Source: Bugula neritina
Taxonomy: Eukaryota > Animalia > Bryozoa
Assembly (NCBI GenBank): GCA_964035545.1
Contig: CAXIUT010000057.1
Coordinates: forward strand, 366,928-390,952
Reading direction: 5' to 3'
DNA: 24,025 bases
Shown: positions 9,484 through 20,555 of the stretch, piece after piece
How the letters are laid out: the number at the start of each line of letters is the position of its first letter
Position numbering within the stretch: position 1 is the first letter of the stretch
The notes under the pieces: generated by a model
Told to the model about the DNA's origin: nothing
What the model saw: only the letters and a program-made list of their open reading frames with translations
Database searches by the model: none
Made by a program: the position numbers and the translations under genes

Positions 9484-12400
9484 TCAACCTGGAAAATATT
9501 CATCGTTTCTAGCAGCCGGAGGACTAAGAGTCTACATGCGACTGGTCAACTTGCTCTTGCTTCCACTCTTCATATACCTTCTGGAATAGGTCGATTATTT
9601 TGATTTGGGTGGGACAAAGTCTCTAGCAAAACGAGGTGTAGTGCCAAAAGTGTTGGGCTAGTATTTTTGAATATATCTTTTTCCTTAGATATTTTTAGTA
9701 GCTTTATACTTAGTGCCCACATCTTCATAAGGCATAGCTAGCGAATACTTTTGGAACTAGTCCATGATAAACCTCTCGAGATCATCTTTCTTAAAAGTAG
9801 ATAGCAAGTTCTTCACCCGAGGATTATCTCTTAAATCTTCAGGAGGATTAAATCTTATCACATAAATCAACTCTTTCTTCTTGCTGACTATCTCCTACAA
9901 ATAAGGAATGTCAGTGCTATTAGCTATCAATATGCTTGATGAGTTATTGTAGGTGTCAATGAGTCTTCTAAAATCGGGTACTGATTTGTAAGGCACAAAG
10001 TTAATGTTCGAAAAGTTTTATCCCAGCTTCATCCGAATATGATTATTGTCAGGTTACTTATAAAAAAGAAATGCCTTCTTAGATTTTTGGTTGCTCAAAC
10101 CTACAGAAAAACGTTCATTATTAGATAAATTCACAATAGATGTCTTCTTCATCTCAAATCGAGATGCAGCTCTATTACTCTAAGCATTAAATCTTATCCT
10201 CTCATTCTATTGATAAAGATCAGCGATTATCTTGTCCAACTATGAAATCTTCTTTATCTGACCAGACAAGTACGGTCGGTAAGCCTCGATTCCCTCGTCA
10301 TGAGGATTGTCAGATTATAGGACAAAAGCAGTTTGAGGATATTTCTTTTTAATCATGGGCACCTTATCCAACATATTTCTATCAACCACAGTTATAGTCA
10401 CGTTGTCCTTTCTATCTCGAATATCATTCTAAAGGTTCATAGAATTAGTATACCCCTGAACGAGCACATTGAATCTCTTGATGGCATCATCCACCTATCC
10501 ACGCTTATTGTTATCGACCACCAAAACTATCAAATCTCCTGTCAACCTCTGCTTGATCTTCTCTATCTAGTTCTACTGCAACAAATTGCCAGGATCGATG
10601 ATCGAATGCACCATCAGTCGAGTCACATTGTCCATATCAGCAGCCTCCCCCTCAAACTGATTCTGATATCTCTAGCCTTACCAGTCATCTGGTTTGGTTA
10701 TGGTCGGACGCTTATCTAGATAGGTCTAAAACAACTTCAAATACACATCTACCTGCTCATCACTCAAATATTTCAAATTGTCTCCTTATTGGTCAGGTTC
10801 GTCCTCCTCAAGGATAGTCTATAACCCCTCTATATCAGAATTCGACTTCTTGGGAACTATCATCTTCACCCTTCGCTTCTTTATTATAGTTTTATGCTGC
10901 TTCTCAACCACGTCCGCCAAAGCATGAGGCACTTCTTTCATCATCAAAAGCAACAAACTGTCAGACTACTTCATAAAGGTTTTTATCTCGTCCACATCTT
11001 TATACACAGTGGGATAGATCTTATTGTTCTTATCTGATGCAGATAGCAGTCTTCTCTTGCTCTAAAAATCAATATCACGGTCATACACTATTCTCACTTT
11101 AGAATAATCGTCCAAATTACGAAGACTAGTCAACTAATCCTCCACACCACTGCCCTACAACTTCCTTATCAACCCAGGTATCTCCTATTCTCTCATCATT
11201 GTCACATTGCCAATACTTTTAAAACGATCAGGCTCCTCTCCCACCACTATCACATAGTTCTCAGGATTCTCAGACAAAGCCACCATCCTGGGCGTCACCT
11301 CAGTTGATATTATCACCTGAACAGCACCACTTTCGCTAGCCGGAATGCTGCTCTGATTCGAAAAGAAAGTAGCCTTATTGGCAAAAAATTTGCCTACAGG
11401 AAATAAGTTCTTCAACTGATCATCGATATTCAACACGTAGTTCTTATTCGCTAGGATGTTCTATAGATTATTAGCAGGTTTTATGTTAGAATCCATACTC
11501 GGCAAAGGGTAGTCTTCTTCCTAGTTATCGACTCGAACAGACACCCTCTACTTCACATAGAAATTATCTTTGGGATTCGATTCTGTCCTTGTATTGACCT
11601 TCACTTCTAGCTATCCTCCTCCTCTATCGTAGTTATTGACTCTGGCATTGATGCGACTATTTTGAACGAGCTGACTATTGCTTGGTTTAAGATTGGAGCC
11701 AGGAATGATAAAGCTTTTTCTGTCAATATGATGAAATTCGACTCCTTAGCCAGGAATGCCTTTATTACATATGGCATAATTATTGAATATATTTTATATT
11801 TCCTGTTGCTAGTCCTAAAAGCACACTACATATACTTTTCTATACTTGCCTTTTATCTAAAAAGCTATATTTTCTACATCATCCATACTAACATAAACCC
11901 GATCATCCAATCCTCTCAACCGTCTCCTCTGAATCAAAGTCTGGACAGTCCTCTCTCCCTATCCCTCGTGATACACCATGAAATCTATTCTACCAGCACT
12001 TTAGACCTAGTTGATGTGTTTGATGACTGGATCTATTTAGTTAAATTTGATATAAAGGGGATTTTATTCATCAACAAAATCTATTTTGAGAAGAATCAAC
12101 TTTATCCTACCATTTACTTCATCAGCCTATGACATCAATGCCTGAGGAACGTGTTTTATATCTTTCGCCTAGACAAATAAGACCATCAATAGATTACTTT
12201 ATTTTTAGTAGATTTGCAAGAGTTCCTATTTTGTTCTAAAATAAATATTTCTGGCTTTATCCATAGTGGCCTTATTACTCAAGTAAAAATACTTCATATC
12301 GTTATAAGCATCAAAAACATTCTTATTAAACATAGTAGCAAAAACATCTTGCTTCCTCCTCAAACGAACATCCACCACGTCCATTAGTATCCCCTCAGAA

Positions 12401-15400
12401 TCGATCCATCTCTAGCTATTATCAGTCAATCCTATCCACCGATGCTTGTTGTATTTATTCCGCAAAGTTCCCATCCGAAATTGATCACTCAAATTGAACA
12501 AAACCACACAAGGTGATTCTTGTTTCTACAAATATCTAGATAAATCCATATAGTCAGAATAATAAGTCTAAGGCAAATCCCAAAAATCATGCATCACTAT
12601 TCTAGATTTCCTAGCCACCACCTACTAGTTCAAATACCCTTTCTATGAGAAGTTGTTCTTGAAATCTTTCATGTACTATTTGTTTTATAAGTAAACTACA
12701 GGATGCAGAGGTACTAGTTCAGGTCTTCCTGGAGAGTTCTTAATTAACCAGTTACTTTTCCCCTTAAAAAGAGTCACCAGGTATCTAAAGAGTTAAGCCC
12801 AATCTTTGAAAAATATTTTTTAATAATCCTCGTAATCAGAGTCAAAAACCAATTCCTCCTCTCCATAGCTATAAAATAAATATCTAAATTTATCATGATA
12901 AGGAGGCACTGGTTTGCTAGGCAGCATCTTTCTCAGGTACTAGTGTCCATTAGGTCCATAATAAATCGAATAGATCCAAATTCTGTAGAGATACAGCTAA
13001 TCTTCTGGAAGTTGACTATCAGTATCGACCAGTAGATAGCAAGATGGACTAATTTTAGGTTACAATTTGTATTGATGATAATTTTGTCTACTGACTACCA
13101 GAATAATAAAAGTATTTTAAGTATGCAAGCACTTATAGGTATCAGCCTAGGTCTGATACTGTTAAACACTAACGTAACTCGATTTTAGTCCTTCGTATTT
13201 TCTGAAAAGATGCGATGGGACAAGTATCAGTATATGTCCGCAGTGATTCCAAAAGCGAGGTAGGACTTCACACATGTAGGGCAGCTAATATCCTCTGATT
13301 CGATAAGGTCTTAAGAAGTGTTTCAGTTTGTCGTGATTGTCAATATGAAAGTTGTCATCAAAGATAAAATATTACATCCTTCCTCCCAGTTTGCCCTTCA
13401 TCGTCTTCAGAATAGGATCATACTTGCGATACACATTTGATAAAAATACCACTATCTTGTCATAGCCATTCAACTTCTGACCATTATTCTTAGAATACTA
13501 CTATAAATCTACCTCTGTGCGATAGGCCAGCAAAGTTACCATAAACTGATCCGGCTATAAATTCCTTTTAAGCATTTGACCGATCTGATTGAACTAGTAG
13601 TTGCTGGGATGGATTATTGCCAACTTCTGCTTTATTTTCTCATGACACGGTATCTACTTTTGTGGAAACGGAAGACCCACAAAACTGTCAGGTTCGCTTG
13701 TTATCATAGCTATCTCTCTTGTCGGGGCATGATCTACTCCACTATTCAAAATGCTGACATGAATACTACCCTGAGAGTCTTTTGTTTTTTTCAATACCTA
13801 AAAACCATAAGATTGAGGAGGAAGGTCTACCTTCAATAAATTGATATTAGCGAAAGAAGGAGGATTACTATTTAGGGTGCCATTCATCACTTTCACTTCA
13901 CATATTTTTTTTTACTATGCTTTAATACAAAAAGTAGGATAGAAAACCAAACAAGAATAAGCCAAAGACAAGGGAAAAGATGAATAGTGGTCAATACTAT
14001 TAAGAAGTTGATCAGCCTTACCAATACTAACTTAAAGGGGTTCTATTGGTTCAATAGGTTATCCAGTGATGGGTATCTGGTTCATAAAATGTTTGAACTA
14101 AATAGTTTTTCTGGCAATAAACTATCTATTTCCAGTACTAGTATAAGATTTGTCATTTCTGCAGTGATCATTAACAATAAAATAGCTAATATCCTGACGA
14201 TTCAAAGTCTATAACGTCTGTCTTTCATTTTAGGATGGCAATATGACATGACTAGGTTCTTTTATCTTTCTAAGCTAATCGCCCAAATGATGGTACACAT
14301 ACACTATGATATTAGGATTTCTCTTATTTATATTTATCAACTACTATCTATATTTCTGGGTAGGACCCTGCTCACTTATATACAAATTGTACTTTCCTCT
14401 GTAATTTAAAGCTTTGTTATATCTATTCTAAGGCATATTGAACAAATAAGTCAATAGCTATCTTCTATCGTTGGTTTATAACAACCAATTCCTATCACCA
14501 CTGTCTCCTTTAGATATCTTCAAATCTGATGTTTTCATATCGATAAATTTACAATCACGACCATACCGTTGGTTGAAGTCGTAAACCTGTCGACCTGACT
14601 GCTCATCACCCACAAAGACATGCAAATAGTCATAATTACTAGTGACCTTCAAAAGCTACGGTAAGGCATTCACACGATATCCATTATGATTTATAATCAA
14701 AGAATCGTTTTTACTTGTCAAGGCACTCACCTCCTGCGAGGTCAACTTATACTAGTCCTGAATGTACAGCTATATCAACTAGTGATTGATGTTTTTTTAG
14801 AGTTGAGCTTCAGGTTTACGAATATTGAACCTCAAATATCTTAAATAATCAGTTACTTCTGAAGGATAAGTACCGATAAAGAGCTAGTTAGAATCGTCAA
14901 CCAATTTACTTTAATCAAGATTTCTAAAATCATACTACTACTTCCGCCCAGCTACATAGATCAGTTTAACACAGTTCATCCTACCAAATAAATTCAACAT
15001 ATTCTGTCTATCTCTATACGGACCCACCACATAAAACATCTATTTTGAACTCTTCTGCACCATCTCGTTCAAGTCCCCCAGTGACTTAGGGTACTAAACA
15101 GTTGCCTTTAAGACGCTTTTCCACTTACCTACTTCTTGCTAGTTGATGGCCATGGCATTTCCATCAGCATTTTTGAGAATAGCCAAAACAACAGGATGCC
15201 CCACACTCGACTGGTAAAATATATTCTTGTCCCTTCCATATATATTCAACAAGTATTTCTAGATCTCCTTCTTCTAAGAATTCCTAAAAACTACTCGGTT
15301 CTTCAAATTCGGATGCACGTTCTCCCCACTCTCTATTATATACTTAACGTTCCCCTTCTTATAGTTCTCCAACTTGTCCAGGCATTTGCTGTATTCATTC

Positions 15401-18400
15401 AAAGTCCTCACATCCCTAACGATTATCCAAATCTGGTGTCTGCCCCACTCTCTCTCCCGCCCGACTATCCGCTTCACTTCTTCCTTATCACTCGCATACT
15501 AAAATGTAAATTTATTAGTCAGTGAAGAATACTTATCCAAAAAATAGTAATAATGCAAAGTATTCCTATCTATAACCACGTGAGGTGTCAAATAATTATA
15601 CTATATTGGATTTACAGTCGTATTGCATAACCATGTGCCAGTTTGCCTATAATTTTTAAAAGATTCTCTGATGCTAGAATTAGCCTTATCCACCTTCTTA
15701 GACCCATGCTCCTTTATTACTAATATTTTTATGTAATAGTTGTTGCTTTTGTATTTTTGCTGCTCAATTGTCCTCTATATATCAGCCACAGCCACCCTGC
15801 TGGTGTCTTCATTGATAACGATATAGTATTTAAACAAAGGACTCTCTTAGTCGATAGTTTGAACAAGGTCATCCAAAGCTTTAAAATGTATTTTGTTAGC
15901 GACATTGTTTCTATCGCTATCTTTACGATTCCAAACCTCATCGACCATCTCACGACTACTCCTATCCTTCTCGTCATAAAACACAAAAATACTTTCATCA
16001 ATAAAAATCGAATCGAAAGATGGAGAAGGACACCGACCGATTATATACTCCTAGATACGCTACCACCGACTCGATACAAACTTAAACCTCTCATACCGGT
16101 TATGTTCATCAACTAACTAAGCAAACTATCGAGGAACATCACTGTATATTATAAACTACTGCCTCAACTATCCTTTCTAGTTCAAAGCCAGCTCCTTCAT
16201 AAACTTCAACTCGCCCATCAGCTCTTTCTTCCTGGCAGGAGATTCATTTGAGTTATACGCCCAAATAATAAAAGCCAAAGGCTATTCAGCTTTATTCAGT
16301 ATCCTCAGCTAGTTAGGATTCTTGTAGTACTATATCTTAATATCACCATAGAAATGTTTATGCAGTCTATTTTACATCTTCTGTGATTATTAGTCTTTCA
16401 AGTTAGCTGGCAATCTCACACTGATCATATTTCCCTGTCTAAAATCTATGTATTTAGGCAGTTCTCTATTCTTGCGAACAAAAGATTGATCCAATGTCAA
16501 CTAGTTGTAACATTAGTTCTCAATAACACTCACCTAAGGATCGATTTGCTTTATCAAATCGTATATTAAAGCTTTAGGACCAGACGTAAATACTTTCACC
16601 TCCGGCTTAGGATTCTAGCGATCAGTTATATTCAATATATACACCTTCTAAAACTGCTATAAAACCCTCTGGGCGTCTCGAACAGTATAATCATTGGTCA
16701 CCACTATCACACTATCTTTAAGAGTAAGAGTCTCAAGAGACAACTTCAACCACTACTTATCCATATATGTCCTTTTCTTCAATCGAGGAGTATCAGCTAT
16801 ATACGGCTGCAAATCATCCAACTCATCAGCAATCGACTCCTGAATCAGCAAATATACATTAGTGCCAGTTAGTCCTTCAAAGGGATGGAACAGTTTGTCT
16901 CTTTAAGTCATTATATTCTATAGATCATCATTTGGTCGACCCCTCACATCACTCATACTCGACTGTCCCAGTATATTGCTACTCAAAAATACATTACTGC
17001 CGTGTTTTCCGACAGCACTAGATATAAATTTGACATTCTACACTCCCTATCCATTCCGATAACTAGCTATAAACTCATTAATCGCCCTAGTGTACTCAGC
17101 AGTAAAAGATCTGAATCCTCCAGGAACCATAGCTATCGTGAAGTTGTCCAGTGAGTTGACTCCCTCTCTCAAAAAAAGAGAAAACTAGTCCACATCGTTA
17201 TAAATTATCAACTACATATGGTTTAAGGTGTTTCTATGGGCATCAAACAAACTTATTGCTGCTTAGTCATTTGCATGAGCCAAAATTATCAAATGCTTGC
17301 TATGGATTATTCTATCGTATTACTCACTATCCAGTCTTTATAAATTTTTAGCCTATTAGTTTAGAAAATCTCTCAACCTCACCATGAAATCAGAAGATCC
17401 CTACTAAATTTACCACAACAACCAGTTATTGTACTTCTGTGCCCTCACTAAAGCTCTAAACTTCTCTATCTCAGAATGATAGCCATGACATATGATGATG
17501 TTCAAATCGTTCTTATCCAACTTGTTGATTGCTTTGATCGATGAACCCAACACAGATGTACTTACCTGGGATCCTACCATAGCCTACATGATTCCGCTCT
17601 TCATAGATACTGGTTAAAAGTTAAACTAGCTCATTATTTTAGAAGTAGCCTTACGAGCCACATCCATCTACTTTGTCTGAGCCACCTCTCGCTCTCTGAT
17701 CTTTCTTAACACGTCCTAGAAGTCCTTGAAAGAGTATATTTGCAGCCATGAAGACTTGCTCTTCTTGCGGTATGTTTTATATATTCCTTTGAACTAATCT
17801 TCCATCTTCTGCTAATAAAAGAAATGAAGCGTTCTCTTTTTAATCTTCTTCCCTGCATATTTGTTGGTCAAAGCCCATGTCTTTACATGTTTATTCTCCT
17901 CTCTGAGTCTGAAATCAAGTTGCTGTTCGATAGCTCCTACCATTTTGTCAGGATAGTCTTTTTATTAAAGATAGAAGTATTCGATATAGTCCGGAATGGC
18001 TTATATTCTTTTTTTGCTTCTAGCTTTGATCTCCTTATCATACTCCTGTTTTCTCAATAATCCATAAACAAATATTCTGACGCGGTTGCTATTTTCTTCT
18101 CTTTCCTGCTGGGCAAAAGTACTCGCCCAGTTGAGATCAAACTTGGGCACAATGATATAATGCAGATCATTATCGTTGTAGTTGTCTTTAAGCAGCTACT
18201 TATGATCTTTAAAAGTCTTAATCTAAACTTTATCTCCGAACTTATCGAGCAACAACTATTTGAAATATGCCAACCCATCGACACGATTGTCCTACAGAAA
18301 TTGATGAATCTTGACATGGACATACTTCTTATCATTCTGTCCCTGTAAGTGAGGTAGAGTCGATCTGATATGACTATCTATCTTTTGAACTGTCGACTGG

Positions 18401-18510
18401 ATCCGAGAGTTACTTTTAGATAACAAGTGCTGTGAATTAAGTGCATTGGAATGCTGAGAGTGCATGTGATGATTCGAGTGCAGCTAGTCGTAGTTGCTGT
18501 TCTGGTACAT
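9484..18510 (-). CDS. Giant uncharacterised 3008-aa intronless protein built of ~20 tandem degenerate alpha/beta modules (CheY/receiver-like by pattern)
   Basis: I translated the whole frame: ATG18510, preceded by an in-frame TGA, to TGA9484-9486, 9027 nt with no internal TGA. Includes ORFs 15274..15477 and 11185..11436. A hydrophobic strand / helix / (Y,F)x(D,S,N,T)xx(E,D)(L,F) / hydrophobic strand pattern recurs roughly every 90-180 aa. The ORF is secure; the fold is an inference. Confidence 0.88.
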
Positions 18511-19006
18511 TCAAACCTAATTAATATAACCTTCCAAAAAAAAACGAAGAATCACTCATCACCAACAAACAACCAACCCATAACCACCTTACCCTACTCA
18601 CTGCCCACTGCCTTGATGCAGTCGCATATCTCTAAGGGGATCTATAACTGCTGGAGATGGTTTCTACTGGATTCCGTGTTAATTAAAGAGTCAAAAAAGC
18701 AATAGAATTATACCAGTAACGATGTGATATAAATAATCATGTTATCAAATAAAATGGTATCAAATAAAAAAATAATTGATAGAAGTGATAAGAATAATAT
18801 TAGAAAAGGTATTAAAAGCAAAATAAGGAAAAGATGATGATTGATATAATAATAATAAAGGGATATTTCTATTAATATTATGTTATTCTTAATTTAGTTT
18901 GATAATAAGTATAATTGACTCAGAAATTATCATTCAGTTCACTTTTCTTTTTTCTTTGTTTTGGAACAATGGTATATTCCTACTCCCAAGATCAGAACAG
19001 AAAAGA

Positions 19007-20191
19007 TCATAGCCATAACTATAAAGAAAATTTTGTTATGCGAGTATTTTTCCATGTTTGCACAGTTTAAAAGATAGGCCTGGATTCGTTTGAAAGATCA
19101 GAGTTAAACTAGCTAGAACCAGAACAATCTGTCACTATTCCATTTGTAGCTGTGATATTTGCCTTAGCTAGCTATCCTTTGTTCACTTCTGAAGCCTTTC
19201 TATAACCATCTGATAAACTATTGCCCTCTATTATTTTGCTTCCAAACAATGTAATCTCTGTAGATATTGCAAGTAAGTATAAGCACCCTTTTCCAAGATT
19301 TCTACAAATTTTTTATTTCCAGCTTTCGCTTTCAATGACATCTTCTTGTATCTTTTTCCTAAACAAGTTGATTTTTTTTGCTACTTGACTATTTACTAGT
19401 TTTATATACTATTCCATCTTTGCCAGCCCTTCCATAACTTTTTTTATATCTTCAAGTTACATTTCAAGGCTCAATGAAACCATATCGCTTGAATCATAAG
19501 AGGATGTAAACTTTATTATTTCTAGTTCTGTTGTTTATTCCTCTATTTACTTTATAACTCTGAGTAGCTAAAGAACTTCTTCGTTCTCATATTTTTTTTC
19601 TTTGTATTGTGGTTCTAATTATTCATGTTGTTCTTCCTACATAAGCATTGGTTGAGGAGGTTTATTTGATTCCTTCGAAATAAGTTATTTCCCATGATGA
19701 TTATCATTTTCTTATGACTGTTACTCTTTATCTTTACTTTTTGAACTTAGATTTATCGATTCCAAAATTTTCTTGTCAACAGATGATGAATGATTTTGAA
19801 TTTTAGGTTCATTCATTTCTTTTTAGTCATTATTTTCTTCCTCTTTCTTCTGCTATTTGTAGTCTTCTTTATCGCTTTCAAAAAGTTAGTCTTAAAAAAG
19901 GATTCCCTCGATTTGCTTGGGGTCAATATGAGCGATATTTTCTTCTTCTTTGTCTCTCTTTTGTTGCTATTCTTGGCTAGTTTCTTTTCTTGGGATTATT
20001 CTGATCTAATTAGATTGATTTGAAGTTTTTCTTTTGTCAATGGATGATGTGGGCTCCGACTTATCCTTGTTTTAGCTTATCTGGTGTTAAGGGACTTCAG
20101 AAAGCAGGTCTGGCTCTTTCTTCTCTGACTTCCCATCTTTAATATTCGATATATTTTAGGTCCTCTATACCCGAGTTGTGTTTTTCTTCAT
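19007..20191 (-). CDS. Uncharacterised protein: acidic low-complexity N-terminus, coiled coil, then a hydrophobic segment; 394 aa as read, possibly ending at 18939 in another frame
   Basis: ATG20191 to TGA19007-19009 is open with TAR=Glu. E/K/S-rich first half, helical EEVLELLRVIKEIEEE...EMELEDIKKVMEGLAKMEEYIKLV, hydrophobic GCLYLLAISTEITLFG. An overlapping frame (19097-18939) encodes a convincing TM plus basic tail. Confidence 0.7.
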
Positions 20192-20555
20192 ATGATAAGA
20201 GTAAATGTCAAGATAATCAATCGAGACAATGTATAAATATCACATTCGATAAGTGATCATATTCTATAAATCACCATAAAAATAAAAATTAAATAGTTTT
20301 CTCCATCTTTTTATCATAAATCATAATTATCAATTCTAGTATTAATTTTTCATAATATAAGTTTTTCATATCAATTTAACAATATAATATTCAAAAAAAA
20401 AAATAGACTTTATAGATTATAACAACAAATCATCTTTTCAAAATAAAAAACTAATTCATTATAAATAGATCATCAAAGATCAAAGTAACAACATAAAATC
20501 AGTTAAAGTTTAATCAAAATAACATTAATACTAGATCAATTTTTTCCATAATAAA

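Noticed and set aside
17100-17150. IAMVPGGF motif suggesting a class I glutamine amidotransferase, DJ-1 or BPL-N domain
   Set aside because: No nucleophile-elbow Cys motif follows, and the segment fits the beta3 position of the repeating module.
18552-18740. 62-codon minus-strand ORF (MIIYITSLLVEFYC...) upstream of the giant gene, as a gene or extra 5' exon
   Set aside because: No recognisable motif, short ORFs are common with only one stop codon, and I found no plausible short GTA-AG intron joining it in frame to the giant ORF.
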